64,000 bases of DNA from Chrysomallon squamiferum (GCA_012295275.1 CM022666.1:14942001-15006000), one strand, 5' to 3'. Positions 1 to 14,120 are shown, counted from the stretch's first letter. Numbers and translations: made by a program. Notes: a model not told the origin generated them from the letters alone.

Positions 1-384
1 CACACACACACACACATATACTCACACACACATATTACCTAAGAGGTAAGTAAACACCATTACTTACCTAGACTAACAAAAAGCCACAAAAGACTTGGTA
101 CAAAGCGACTTCCATAAATCCGATCTATAAATTTCTTATTTCATTTATTTCATTATTCCCAACATTTTTCATTCCTTCATTCTTTCCTTTCTCTATTTTG
201 TTACTGCTTTCTTTTCTCTTTTTTCTGTAACTTTTCATTACATTAACTGTTTCACATGTGACAAATAACTGACTTATAAATTATCTACAATGATCCTGAG
301 AGATGCACTCTGTGGAAAAATCTGAAACATTCTTATTTTTAATTCTTCCAATGGTTATTTATTGTGTACGTACGTATGTGTGTG

Positions 385-433
<49 letters not shown>

Positions 434-675
434 CTATGTGTGTATGTATGTGTGTATGTGTGGGAATGTGCATATGTATGTTAGTGTGTTTGTATGTATG
501 TATGAATGTATGTATATACGTATGTAAAAAGAAAGCAGGATAATAAGAGAAATCAATAAATAAATAGATAAATAAATAAATTAATAAATATTTGTTATGT
601 GATCACGTAGATCAGTATTAAAGTTATTTCCCTTAGACGACTTTCAGAAAACGCTAGACAACAGCTGCTGGTAGA

Positions 676-712
<37 letters not shown>

Positions 713-879
713 TAAAATAAATAAATAAATATCCTTTTGCTAAAACATTCGTCATTTAACTTCAGTTCAAGCTAGCTTTGAAGTCGCCTACTTCTAAATA
801 AAACAAAGTAAAAATATGAAAGAAACAAATCAAAAGAGAAGAAAATAGAAAAAAAAATGAATGAAAAAAGAATAAAAAC

Positions 880-2805
880 AGCTGAATAACAGAATACAGG
901 AAAGCGTCAGGAACATAAAACGGAAGAAATTAATAAACAAAAGAGAAATAAAAATATAATAATAATAAATATAAATATAAAACTAAACAAGAAAGAAATG
1001 AAAAAAAAAATAACACAGCAAACACGTTTAGCAGTAAAAACAAAAATCATATTTACGATATTACATTTATTATTATTATTTTTTTAAATTAATTAATTTT
1101 CACACATAATTAACATTCATTAAATCAACAAAAATTCAAAAGTATTTTCAACAACATTTATCGATCATCTACATAAAGTTCAACAATACTGCGATATAGT
1201 AATAATATTTTATTCATATATTTTATTACATGAAATACGAAGATCACCAATAACTCTAACTCATTCTATCAGCTATATAAATTCTTGTCTCCTTTCAATC
1301 ATTATTTAAACACAATAACAGTTTAAGTGGTAAAAAATAAAAATATTATTTCAGTTTATATGTTACACAACGTGTATTGTAATTCAGTGTAATGTGTTCA
1401 TAGAGTTAATTTACTCTTCACAAAAACACAGGTACACAGCACATAAAGAGTTAACTAATTAACAAAGTAGACTAGATAGTCAACATGGAGTGGAGGTGTA
1501 GAGAGACACTGTAGACTGAGGATTACTTCTAATGAGATTTAAAACTGAAAATTTAAAAATTTATTACTTTTACAAATAATTTAGATAGTAAATGTAATAG
1601 ACCATGTGTGTGTACATCTGTGTGTCTGTGTGTGTTGGTGTCCGTGTGTCTTTATAAATACATGTTTGTGTGTGGATATCTTTTTCAAAGCCTGTGTTTG
1701 TCTGTGTCTATTGTGTTTATTTAAACATAGAACAGAGATAAAAATAACAACAGTTATTTACTTTACAAATTTATTTTTCTTGTTTGTTTTTAAAGTAATT
1801 ACTATTTTGTTAAATAATTTTACTTTATGGGCAGATTAAAGAAGAGATCAGTTTGAGCAAAGTGGAATTCTTTGATAAATCAGGTAAAATTTTCACTTTC
1901 ACATCAAACAGAGCAGGACTGAAAACAGCAAACACAGGTATCAACGGTTGTGACACGTCAACATCAGTCAGTGTGTGTACAAGTGTGTTAGTGTCTGTGT
2001 TTATTACGTGCAGAGTTTTACTTTGTGTGTCTAGTACTAGTGTAAGTGATGTGTGGACTAGTGTGTTTGTTTTATAGTCACACACTGGGACTATGACACC
2101 TTACCTTCACCACAGGACCAAACAAGAAAACACATTTTACTGTGTGTTTTACAGCTTTCTAAACTAACACACCAAGCATGTTTATTTTTAGATATTATAA
2201 ATTCCTCATCGCAGTGTCCCTCCTCACAGACTCCAATCTGAGCTGCTATGTAACCCAGTTTTGCACTTTCTAAAATGTGACAGGTTATTTCACTTTCCCA
2301 AATGTAACATTTGTTTTCTCTCAAACTTATGTCACCTGTTACTCCACACATAATGTTCATGCTCTCTTCATTTTGGTTTTCTTCTACAGATCTTTTGTTA
2401 ACTAATTCCTTATTTTCATCAATACAACACCACTTCCAATTTAGTGTTTTTTCTGCAAACTTCATTGTTGTCACTGTGAAAATAAAATATGCTGTTAAAT
2501 ATTTCACTTTTACAAACTGCACTGTCACTCTATAGAATTGTTAACATCAAATACAATTTAAAATAATGTATTTCTATATGTAATTTTTATTATATTGTTC
2601 TCTTTCAATATATACAGTGATAATTAAATATTTATTTTTTCCAAAATGTTTATTGTTGTTGTTATTGTTGTCTTTATCAACATTATCATCGTGTATTTTG
2701 TTCATTATTATTCTATTAGAAATAATTTTTTAAAAAATCGGTAGATTCTTCTACACGTTCAGGTTTCAGAGCAATTTTCTTGTTTTATATAATTCTGTAA
2801 TAATA

Positions 2806-2874
<69 letters not shown>

Positions 2875-3270
2875 TTTATAATAACAACAGTAACAAAAAG
2901 AGCAGTAGTAGTCAAGTAATGGCGATAGTAGTAAATAATTAAAATCAGAAGTAATAGTAGTAGTGTCTTTACAAGGATAAATAGTGGTAAAACTTTTTTA
3001 TTATTTTTAAAACTAAGAACAGAAGTGCGAGAAGTAAAAATACTGAATGACAGAACTATTAAAATATTAACTACCTAATTAAACTGAAAACACCTTATCT
3101 AATTATCTATACAAAATCTATAAATTCAGTCAAAATTTGTGAACCTGTTAACAATGAAAAATACCGCCTCGATTTTCGATTCTTAACATTTGCTGCAACC
3201 GAGAAACACGAGTCGATGTTAGAAGTAGATCGACTGACGTAAAAGTTGAATATATCGCAATAACCATAAT
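880..3270. repeat. Segmental duplication copy 1 (SPRY exon with 3' flank and upstream intron); partner at ~16550-19105
   Basis: Long colinear matches, including an identical block of about 150 bp at 1404-1554 vs 17151-17302. Confidence 0.9.
1825..2473 (-). pseudogene. TRIM A terminal exon, divergent PRY/SPRY (B30.2)-like domain, frameshifted (+2 nt near 2086-2100)
   Basis: Acceptor TTTTCACAG| at 2474, phase 1. Translation shows SPRY-like spacing (GVTGD..CYIWE..QIGVC..W..LVLD..L..PLIPVF). ORFs 2091-2528 and 1825-2085 are out of frame with each other but colinear with the copy at 17619-18266. Confidence 0.7.
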
Positions 3271-4098
3271 CATTATTTGTATTTCATTAGCTATAGTATT
3301 AAAACCAAATGTGTATAAAACCTGCAATGGTGTTTTTCAGATGATACATAAAATCAATTTGTATAAAAGAACAGTTTCTACTATAGATTATCTTTATACC
3401 TCTTATCATAAGAGACAGTCATATTTTACCTGCGTGTTTCATTCACAGGAGTCCGTTACGTTTATAAGTACGTAACGACTTTGTAGTATATTTTGAAATG
3501 AGAAAACGGTTAATGATCACCGAAATTATGCCGCTTCAGTCGACGATCTATGAATTGTATGTTATGCAAGACCACCAGCCTGATGCGATCATTACAAAAC
3601 AATTATATTTTCATCTGACCTATGTGCAATATTTACTAACAGCAACAAACAAAATAAAAAATAAACAGTAAACACACGGAAGAGAAATATTTGTGTTTAG
3701 TTGTAACATAAGTATCACAGTTTGAAGTATTTACTTTCATATAGTTTATTCAGTAACCAGTATCCTGAATAAACAGACCGGAATATTTTCAATGGGCGTC
3801 TTTGGTGGGTTAAACATTTTTCACAGTAGATGTATGCAGTATTGTGCTGTAAGCGTTTGCAAAGTCATATGATACGGATTACACTTCACTGGGAAATACT
3901 AAAACAAAATTACAGGTTTTAAAACCTTCTGACAGTATTAATATTTATAATAAACAGAATCTCCAAACAAATATCTTTATTAACTGTTATTATTTTACGA
4001 CTACTACTACTATTTGTTTAATTTAATTTAATTTAATTTAATTTCATTTCATTTAATTTCATTATCGTCATGATAATCACTATCATTAAATTTTATAC

Positions 4099-5200
4099 CT
4101 GTGTCTACGCCATCATAAAACATAGGATTTCTTTCCAACACTTTGTTGACTTCATCAAACGTGTCGTCCAATGTGATTTGCTGCATGGGAACATCAATCA
4201 GCTGTAGACTCTCAGTTAGAAACTGAATCCTTTGTTCTAGAGATTCACACATCTCTAGAAACTCTGCACCTCGTGCAAACTGCATCGCCTGTTGACAGTA
4301 CAGAACATGATCGTTCTTTTCACTTTGTGACTCGGCAATCACTTTTATCTGTTCATTTCGCACAGCTTTCTGTTTGTCTATATTCGAAACAACATCTTGT
4401 TTTATCTGCTCCTTTCTCTGCGATAATTTTGCTATAACTCTGTCATACGAGTCATCAATTGTTTTCAAGTTATGTGCTTTGCGTGTATCCAGTGTTGTGT
4501 TTTCTTCCTTCAGTTTCTTGCTGTGTTGTTCTGAAACGTCTTTAGAGGTTTGTAACTTGGTTAATTCTATCATAATGCAATGTTTCTTCTATTCGTGAAT
4601 GTCTCTCAGGTTACAGATGTCGTGATCTCTGTGAGAAACAAGAACGCAAGAAGAACAGAGAGCTGACCAGCACTGTTTACAAAACAGATCAAGTCTCGCA
4701 TTGTCGTGATCTTTACACAACCCTTTCTGCTGAAGAAAATATTCATCTGTAGTCATCTGACGCAGTTCAGTTAAAGGAATTGTTTTATGTTGCTTCGTGA
4801 CTGGAATGTTCTTGTGACTTACTAAGCATTCATTACACAAGTATCTGACACAATATTGGCACCAGTGTGTTGCTTTAGAATGTTTTTCACAGACTTGACA
4901 CAATAACTGTTCTGGTTTGTTCTTCATGTTCAGATACCCCACTAAATTGCATACAGTTCTGTTTCGCTCAAACGACTCTTCTATGGAATTGTGAACGGGC
5001 CACTTCTTTCTACAACTAGGACATCCAAGTTCATGTTGTGAATTGTTCCAGATATCAAAGAGACACTTTCTACAGAATGTGTGATAACACGGCAGTAAAC
5101 GTGGACATTTACCTTCCTCATCAAACGATTCCTTACATATACTACAAGTAGCAAACTCTTCTTTTAGCTCTAAAAGTGGTACAACCGCTTTTTCAGCCAT
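4099..5200 (-). pseudogene. TRIM paralogue A, N-terminal coding exon (RING, B-box1, B-box2, coiled coil) with in-frame TAG at 4589-4591
   Basis: ATG at 5200 (MAEKAVVPLLELKEEFATCSIC...PCYHTFCRKC...CPSCR = C3HC4 RING; CQVC..CQYC..CNECLVSH B-box1; CKDH..FCKQC..CSSC..H..H B-box2). ORFs 4589-5224 and 4049-4573 are in the same frame, separated only by TAG, which aligns with Glu in paralogue B. Phase-1 donor ACAG|GTATAA at 4099/4098 fits the SPRY exon acceptor. Confidence 0.85.
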
Positions 5201-6020
5201 CTTACAACTCACACTTGGCGTCACTTTTTATTAATACGATGATCCGTCTATAATTAAGATAAAATATTTATATATATATATAAACAAATGCAAAAATAAT
5301 TTCCCTATGTGACAAATATGCTTCATTAACTTATTACAACTGAAGTGCTTATTCTACCTCTCTCCGCATAGAGTCACACCATTAACAGCTACATTAGAAA
5401 ATATAACATATGTTTGTTAATACTTCCAACAAAACCATTACATCAGAAAGAAAGATAACAGTTAAATCTTTACTTGTTACATGACACACTGAACTAATTA
5501 TTAGCTGATGTAGCACGTACACAGACGACCAGTCACGTTTCTTACTGTATATGAGAGTGTAAAAAACTGATATATATTTTTGTTTTTTATAATATCGATT
5601 TCATTTGCAAAAGATTGCTCTCTTCTCCATACGGAGTAAACTTTAGGTATGTTTTGTTTTTAAGGTTATTATGCTTAATTTTTTACATTTTATTCTTTGT
5701 CATTACAGAAAGCAAAGAAAGTTCGGTTAAGTATGTTCTTATAACTATAACAGATACTTTTGTTTTATATCAACAGAACAGAAACATGTTGTACGTGTTC
5801 TTAAATTATAATAAAACAACAGCAACATTTGCATTTATACTTATTATTTTCATCTTCTTTTATTACTTTATTATTATTATTTATTACTTTATTTTTATTA
5901 TTATAATTTTTATTATTTTAACCAGTTTTTATTAATTTAAATAAAATGCAGTAATAAATCCCTAGACACTACAAATATTCTTTATAGTTTAATCATTTTT
6001 AACCTTAATTATTATTATTG

Positions 6021-6094
<74 letters not shown>

Positions 6095-6459
6095 CATTAT
6101 TTATTAATCTCCAAGTAGTTCGAACTTATATATAATAAATAAATATATAGGAAGATATATCACAAATATCCAGAAAATAGCGAAAAAAATAAACCACTAA
6201 ATTGACTATCATTATCAGTAGGCAGAATGAAAAAGAGGACAACTTACTTTGGTTAAGTGGAAAACATGAGACTAACAATCAATTTCCACTGAAAATTATT
6301 ATCTTAAGAAAAATACAGATTACATGTGTAATTTGCACGATTAAAAAGAAAACATTAATCATCTAAATAGTTGTTGTTTAGTTTCCATTTATATAGCCAT
6401 TGTACGTTTTTCATAAATTTTAAAATCAGTTGACAGAAAATGAATAAATAATAACTCTA

Positions 6460-7590
6460 ATCTCTTACCTGAAAATACTGAACGTGTTAAACAACAAGAA
6501 AACTAATCGTTCATCAGGTTTAAAACTAAAATAAACTTGTATCATGTGGTAGGCTTTTCTCTCAGCACGTGACACAAAACTTAATCAGCAGTTACACAGA
6601 AGATCAACATAAGTTATCAGAAGTGCACATCAGTGTTTACATTAACTTTTATTTGAAACTGTACCTGAGCGTCTGTTGCGAATACTGCTAAATTTGATTA
6701 ATTTGATCTTTGAAAAATAAGAGGTTCACGATGACGTGTAGATTTTTAAATATTTGAAAAAGAGGAAATCGGTGATTGATTGATATTTTCCTTATTCAGT
6801 ATTATCTCCGTGCGTCTCACTGAGCATGAAACTTAAAAGAAATAAATCTTGTATGATTTAAATTCATTTAAGTATCTGCTCCAGTACCTAAACAGTACTA
6901 ATAACACAAAAATTACTAACCAAGACACTATCTCAATAGTGATATTGATTTACGAATAATAATAATAATTATGTTTCTAGGTTAATTGATGACTAATAAA
7001 GAAAGAAAATAAAACAACAAAAACATATTTGAACATTTTCTTTGTCAAATATATATACGTCTGTTTTGTCATAAATTTTGGCAAAAAAATCACTTTGTCT
7101 ATATACACTTTGTAACAAATGTTAAAAAATGACAAAAATGAATAAACTCTTTAATATCTTACCTGAAAATACTGAACGTGTCAAACAACAAGAAAACTAA
7201 TTGTTCATCAGGTTTAAAACTAAACTAAAACTTGTATGTTAAGGTGGGTGTTTGTCGCATCATGTGACAGAAATACTAATCAGCAGTTACGTAGGTCAAG
7301 TTCTATCAGAAGTCCATATCAGTGTTTACACTAGTTTTGTTTCAAACTCCAGCTGAACGTCTGTTGTAAAATTTGATTTTGAAAAATACAAGGTTGACTA
7401 TGTAGATTTTAAAATATTTGAAAAATAGAAATCTGTGAAATCTCTCGTTCACTGATATTTGCCATATTCAGTTTTATGTACATGCGTCGCACTTAGCATG
7501 ATACTTAAAAGATATAGATACTGTAAAATTAAAATTCATATAAGTATATTCTCCAATGGATTAACTAAACCCTACTAATAATACAAAATA
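6460..7590. repeat. Direct duplication (~450 bp; 6460-6920 and 7155-7590) upstream of TRIM A
   Basis: Both copies start tcttacctgaaaatactgaacgtg..aaacaacaagaaaactaat and remain colinear. Confidence 0.85.
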
Positions 7591-7608
7591 ATAATAATAA
7601 TAATAATA

Positions 7609-7673
<65 letters not shown>

Positions 7674-9839
7674 GGCAGTGATAAAGAAAAAAAGAAATAA
7701 ATGTCGTTCAAGCGAATTCAAACGGACAAACGGACACAGAAATATACAGAAGTCTAATTGTGGTTCTTATTCGATTAACAGAAAAAATAAATATTAACAT
7801 ACTTAAACGCAAATACAAATTTGTTGATGTGTAAATATCTTTGAATAAGCATCGATTAACTAATTGATACGTGCATACACACGAATACGCGTGTATTTAT
7901 GAATATGTGTGTGAGTCTCTCTCTCTGTGTTTGTCTGTGTATATATATAATTACATATATACGTCATATATTTATATTCGTCATATATATATATATTTAT
8001 AATTGCCACATATATATATAACGTATCTTAATAACTGCACGTTAAAAAAGAAAGGGAGCAAGCACAAAGCCTCACTCCTAAGTGAAGCATAGATGAGGCT
8101 ATTCAGTATAGAAGCTTCTCTATGTTCATATGGTTGAGTTTATATGAATATAGGTAGGTGTGTATCTGTAGGTATGTATACACATTCAGACGAATATATT
8201 ATGTATGTATATGATTCTATATGTGAAGAGAGAGTCTAGTCTAATGTCATTAAGATGACAGAATATCCATTAATAAATACATACAGAGTAATACATACGT
8301 GAATACATACATAGGCGCAAATATATATTCATACAAACAATACTCTAGAATTCATATACGTGCGGTTTTTTTGGGGGGGTTTGGGTTCTTTTTTTGTAAT
8401 TCACGTACAAACACATGTTTTTAGTAACGCATATATATACGTATGTTGTAACTCACGTATCACTATTCTCCTCTTTGTTATTTTTATTAATTTTTAATTT
8501 TTTAATTATATTTATTTTCAAAAACATTCATTATAAACCAACACTACTAAATTAAAACTTACCCTTTTTTTTTGACTGTTAAACATTACACATAACATCT
8601 TGACCTTCTCTGATCAACCAATATTTATCATAAACTTAGAAACTCAAACACTTGTGGATGAGAAAACAAAATCTTGACGTTTTGTAACCATGACATTAAA
8701 ATCAGCGACAGCATACTTTGGTTCTACATCTGGGAATTGCAAATATCATTATGCTCTACAAATCCACTCACTTGGCTTGTAAATATATTCCCAAACCTCT
8801 TTATCTTTTCATTAAAAGTCTGGGTACGCCTGTCGTTTGCAATTCAAGATCATTCATGATTATATGGATGTTTAAGAAAATAATTTAACGAGACGAGAAA
8901 GTATAAATAGTAGTATTACAACTCCACAGTTCGCAGCAGGTGGGAGTCAGTGACGCAATCTGTCGACCAGACAGTTTTTATCATATAAAAACACAAACAA
9001 TACAACGTAATCTATTTGACGTCTTCTCTCGGACAAACGATTGTCATTTTTTTCTGAAAGTCATTTTTAATATATTTTGGTTTCGCAAAATTGAAAGAAG
9101 ATGGTATTAAAATGTTTGTGAAATTAATTTGTATTTAATATCGTCTTTTTTCTTTGCTGTAAATAACTACAGATTACAGATTACGGGCAATCATGCAATC
9201 CTGCATTACTAAAGAGCACTCTGTCTTAGAATTTTGAATGCTTTTCCACGTAGAAATGATAAGTAACATTCAACACATTTAAAACTCGTTACAGAATCCT
9301 GCTCTCTTCAGAAAAAAAACCAACAACAAAGAACAAACAGAAATTAAGTTCTACGATCATTCAAATTTAAATTATTTTTCTTATCTCCATAAAACCTTTT
9401 TTACTTTTTATTTTTATTTTTTTTTTAAATCATTACTTTTAGGATGTTAGGCTTAAATCAAAATAAAATACCACATTTAGTAATTCTACGATTTCACTGA
9501 TTCACTTGTTTCTGACAAAACTAAACAAAACACTGGTTTTTAGGTCTTGAGTTCGCGGGACAAGCCGGTTGATCATTCCTGCATTACAGTAAGATTACTG
9601 AACACACGGAGCAATGTATGTATGTGTATGTGTGTATGTGTGTATGTATGTATGTTAAAAAGTGAGCAGTATAATAACAGCAAAAACATATAAAAAATAA
9701 ATAAATAAATAAATGAAAAAATAAAACAAAAAACAATAAATAATAACAAAAGATGAAATGAAATGAACTAACTAAATAAATAAATAAATAAATAAAATGT
9801 TTTTAAAAATAAAAAAATTAATAATACACTTATTATGTG

Positions 9840-9940
9840 GTCACTGGAGTTATTTCCCTTACATCACAATCAGAAAACGCATGAAGACGGCTGTTTTCAG
9901 AATTAATAATGAAACAATAACAATAATAATAATAATAATC

Positions 9941-9977
<37 letters not shown>

Positions 9978-10690
9978 GATCAATAAATAAATTTAGAAAA
10001 ATAAATAACTAACTAAATAAAGAATATTGCATAAATGACCTCAAATAAATTGAGATAGAACTACTGGCAGATAGACAGACGAACAGAGAAAAATAAATAA
10101 ATAAATATCACTTCGGTAAAACTTTCTTAATTTAACTATAATTCAAATCAGCTTTACAGTCACCTATTACCACAAAAAACAAACTAAAAGTATGAACAAA
10201 TGAAAAGAGAAGATAAATAGAAGAAAAAAACACGGATGTAAAGAAAGAACAAAATAACAGAGTCCAGGAAAGAGGTAAGACTCTAAAATGGAGAAAATAA
10301 ATCAATAAAATGGAACTAATAATATAATAATAATAAATATAAAACTAAGGAAGGAAAGAATGAATACAAACTAACAGAGCAGTCATGATCTATGTAAACA
10401 TGAGACACATTTAGCAATCAAAACAAAAATCAGTTTTAAAAATTACATTTGATTTATATTTTTAAACATTCATGAATTTTCACATATACCTGGCATTCAT
10501 CAAATAAACACAAATTCAACAATCTTTTCAACAATACTGTCATATAGTAATAGTATTATAATTCATAACATGATAAACTCATTACAATAGCATGCAATAT
10601 GATATTCACCAATAACTCTAATTCATTTAATTACAACAATCTAAATTCTAGTCTCCTTTCACTCATTATCTAAATGAAATCACAGTTTAT
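9840..10690. repeat. Third, more diverged copy of the TRIM 3' flank, without a SPRY exon
   Basis: Shares agttatttccctta..cagaaaacgc, acatttagca..aaaacaaaaatcag and aaattctagtctcctttcactcattat with 620-1325 and 16700-17050. Confidence 0.7.
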
Positions 10691-10942
10691 AACAACAGTA
10701 TCTAGTAACTATCTACACAAACTGCTTTTTACGTTTTAAGTATTGCCATATATGTCAACTTCTAAACACTTATTGAAATGATTTTAGTGAAACAGGAAAT
10801 GTGTAACGTGTAAATCCCATATAAGACAAATAGTTTGCATTACATGCTTTTGTACAGATAATTTATATCATATAATACTGAGGTTTAAAACGAGTGTTGT
10901 TCACATTATGTTGTGACCATATAGTCCATCTGCAGATAAATT

Positions 10943-11078
<136 letters not shown>

Positions 11079-11104
11079 CCAACAGTTGATTCATCGGTCT
11101 AGAC

Positions 11105-12554
11105 CAGTGTTTCCAACCATTTTAGTACCATGCCCCACTTTTTTCTTCATGTCCCCCACCCGTTAATTGTTTAGTATGATATAACAATATCAGTTTTGAA
11201 GAAGTATAACATAAAAAATTGTATCTTTCAAATAAAACTAAAGGGTTTTACTTCAATGTGTATAACATATCTACCATCAGATTAAATACATTCAATTACA
11301 ATCAATTAATGAGACCCTTGAGCCTGATGTCTACTGCAAAGAGATTTTATCCGAGGCAGAAATTTGGTTCATTTCAATCTCAAGTCGCCTCGTTTAGTGA
11401 TATCCAGTTCGTTTCTTTTATTCAGTAATAAGTCATTCACAGCATTAAATCCACATTGCAGTAAGTATGACGATGGGAATGGTAACAGGGCTTTAATTAA
11501 TCGAGTCATCATTTTGTGATTCTGAAAGTTCTCCTTGATAGTCCATGGTTACATCTAACAGATCCACTGGCAATGGCTGAGTCATCCAAGGTGGATAATT
11601 AATTTCTTTCAAATCAGAAAATCTGAAGTTGAAATCGCTTACCATTATTTTTAAGTGCTCCACAATAACAAGACAAGTAGCATCTGTAACCTCACATTTA
11701 TTCAGCCAATAAAATTGTTCAAATTTTTTGACAGAAATATTTTCTTGGGATAATTCCAGAAATGATATCAAGCCAAATATCTTGGCCTTTGAATTAACAA
11801 GAGTCATATTTGTTCCTTGGAGCTCCTTATTTAAGACATTAAATAACTGACAAGTGCTTTACCATCAACTGTCAGTAACAGAGTCATATAAGGTTTGTCA
11901 TCCAAGAACTCACTAAGAATATCAAATAATTCATGAATCTTTTCAGGAAATTCACCTTTGATAACCACCTTACATCAGTATGAAGTAATAATCTTACATA
12001 GTCTACATTTTGATCCTTGCAAAATTGCTTGAAAAGACGCTCACATTTGGCATTAGCTTTTATAGTGTTGATGCATTTTATAACTGCATTCAATGTCTCG
12101 TTTAGAACAGGGGAAACTTTTTTGGAAACTAAATTCTGTCAGAGACAGATAACTATATCAACATGAAACTTGCACTTGTGTTTAATTCAATACTGCTTCA
12201 ATGCTTTATTGTGCACATTTAATTTGGTTGTAGTTAGTTTCCTCTGTTTTTTTAGCTTCAGTGGGGGCGTTGAGCAGCTGACTAAAACTCACCTTCTTAA
12301 ACAAGTCAGAAGCCACGCATATAGCTGGTGCCAGCTGCACGATAACATTAGTGGGTGAACACTTGACTAGACTGCACAAGCTGTTGAGCTCAGCTAGGTT
12401 GTAATTACAATTTTACCCTAAACATTTATAATTTCTACCCATATAGGGTAAAATAAAATAAAAATGTTGATATTACTATATTTTTTTATATTGTCCCCCT
12501 ATTATTATTGAAGTGCCCCCCAGTGGGGCGTAGGCCCCACGTTGGGAATCACTG
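11105..12554 (-). mobile_element. hAT-Charlie/Buster DNA transposon, internally deleted
   Basis: Imperfect TIRs CAGTGTTTCCAAC / GTTGGGAATCACTG. 8-bp TSD gtctagac / ctctagac of the NTCTAGAN Charlie type. Disrupted transposase fragments: INTIKA..RLFKQFC..LLLHTDVRWLS and HL..DF..RFSDL. Confidence 0.9.
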
Positions 12555-12619
12555 CTCTAGACCTAGACCAAAATCTCTTATACAGTATTTGTAGTGTTTA
12601 TTGGTCAGTATGTAAAGAC

Positions 12620-12920
12620 AATTTATAATATTTTTTTCATTACTAGCAGAGAGCCATTGTAAACTGTAACTAGTGGTCAAAAGTTATATTTTATTACTAA
12701 ATGGATTTGAATAATTCTGAATTTGTGTTTTTCTAGCTATTTGATTGGGCTCTTCATTACGGTCTTTGCCTAATTTTTCAATTTTAGATTTCCTTGTGTT
12801 AACTTTAAGACCAAACAGTGAGGCAAACTCTTGAAATTTAAATTCTTTACCGTTTATCTCAGTCCCATGTAGATTTTTGTCATTTACTACCAAGATTTCA
12901 AGAATTTTAACACATCAGAT
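12620..12920 (-). mobile_element. L1/Tx1-like LINE reverse-transcriptase remnant
   Basis: Peptide FASLFGLKVNTRKSKIEKLG resembles the F..SGLKIN..KS motif of L1/Tx1 ORF2. Degenerate and rearranged. Confidence 0.5.
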
Positions 12921-12943
12921 GAAAAGAACAACAACAACAACAA

Positions 12944-13016
<73 letters not shown>

Positions 13017-13654
13017 TTATCATTTACTTTTTTCTTCATTTATTTATTTATTTATTTATTTCTGTCATTGTCGTTTTATTTTATTTGTGAATTTGTGGTC
13101 TCAGCTCCATATTAATGGCTGCAATACCCCTGTATACTTTGAATCGAATCAGTTATCTCCCTTTAGAGCACACGGATTCAGTTTTAATTAGTTCGCTTTT
13201 TATTTATTTCTACTGTGACTACTTCTGCTACTTCTACTACTGCTACTACTCCTACTACTACTACTACTACTACTACTGCTACTAAATAAAACTGATTAAA
13301 ATAGTCTTAATTTTGAAAGTAAATGAAATAAAATAAAATAAAATATAATAAAATAAAATATTATAAATTCATATTCTTTATTTTATTTTTTATCATGTTG
13401 CATTTTCATAAAATTTTGACTGTGAAAAAAACCTAAAAGGCGACTGGTGAATGTAACTGTAAATACTGATTTATGTTTCTATGTTTCTTCATTAACTGAA
13501 TATGGTTGTTACATTATGTTATATCAGATCATGAAACTAAAGCATTAATGAGAGTTTACAAGTAGATTTACTGGACATCAAATCCTCAGTTTTGAGAAAA
13601 ATCTTTGCCTGTCTCGGTGCCTGAGAAAGGGGTGTTGTACCGCGTTGCAAAATT

Positions 13655-14120
13655 TCTCTTGGAGGCCCTGTTCACAAAATATACTCTTCTGTGTGTCTCT
13701 GAGTACACAAATACATGTTTACCTGTTAAAACCGTTTTCTGAACGTGGTCTAAGGGAAATAACTCTAGCCTACATGGCCATAATTATTATAATCATTCGG
13801 ATTTACCTTTTATTTTGTTTTATTCTTTTTTTTTATTATTATTTTTTTATTTATTTTTTTTTTTTTTTTTTACTGGATGTTATTTTTTATCTTTTTTTTT
13901 TTTGTTTTTGTGTGTGTTATTTATTTTTTGTGTGTTTTTCTTTTCCTTGTTGTTTTTTCTCACTGGAATAAACTATTTAATTATCTAGAGGCCCTGACCA
14001 CAATATAAACTCTTCTGTGTGTGTCTGAGTACACAAATACATGTTCACCTGTTACAACCGTTTTCTGAATGTGGTCTAAGGGAAATAACTCCAGTACCAA
14101 CCTACATGGCGGTAATTATG
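13655..14120. repeat. Direct repeat pair (~130 bp; 13660-13790 and 13988-14120)
   Basis: gaggccctg..ctgagtacacaaatacatgtt..accgttttctgaa..tggtctaagggaaataactc occurs twice. Its core is an inverted match to motifs at ~620 and ~9850. Confidence 0.8.

Noticed and set aside
4589-4591. Programmed readthrough or recoding of the TRIM A stop
   Set aside because: The codon is TAG in a non-leaky context, and the downstream SPRY exon is also frameshifted, so pseudogenisation is the simpler explanation.
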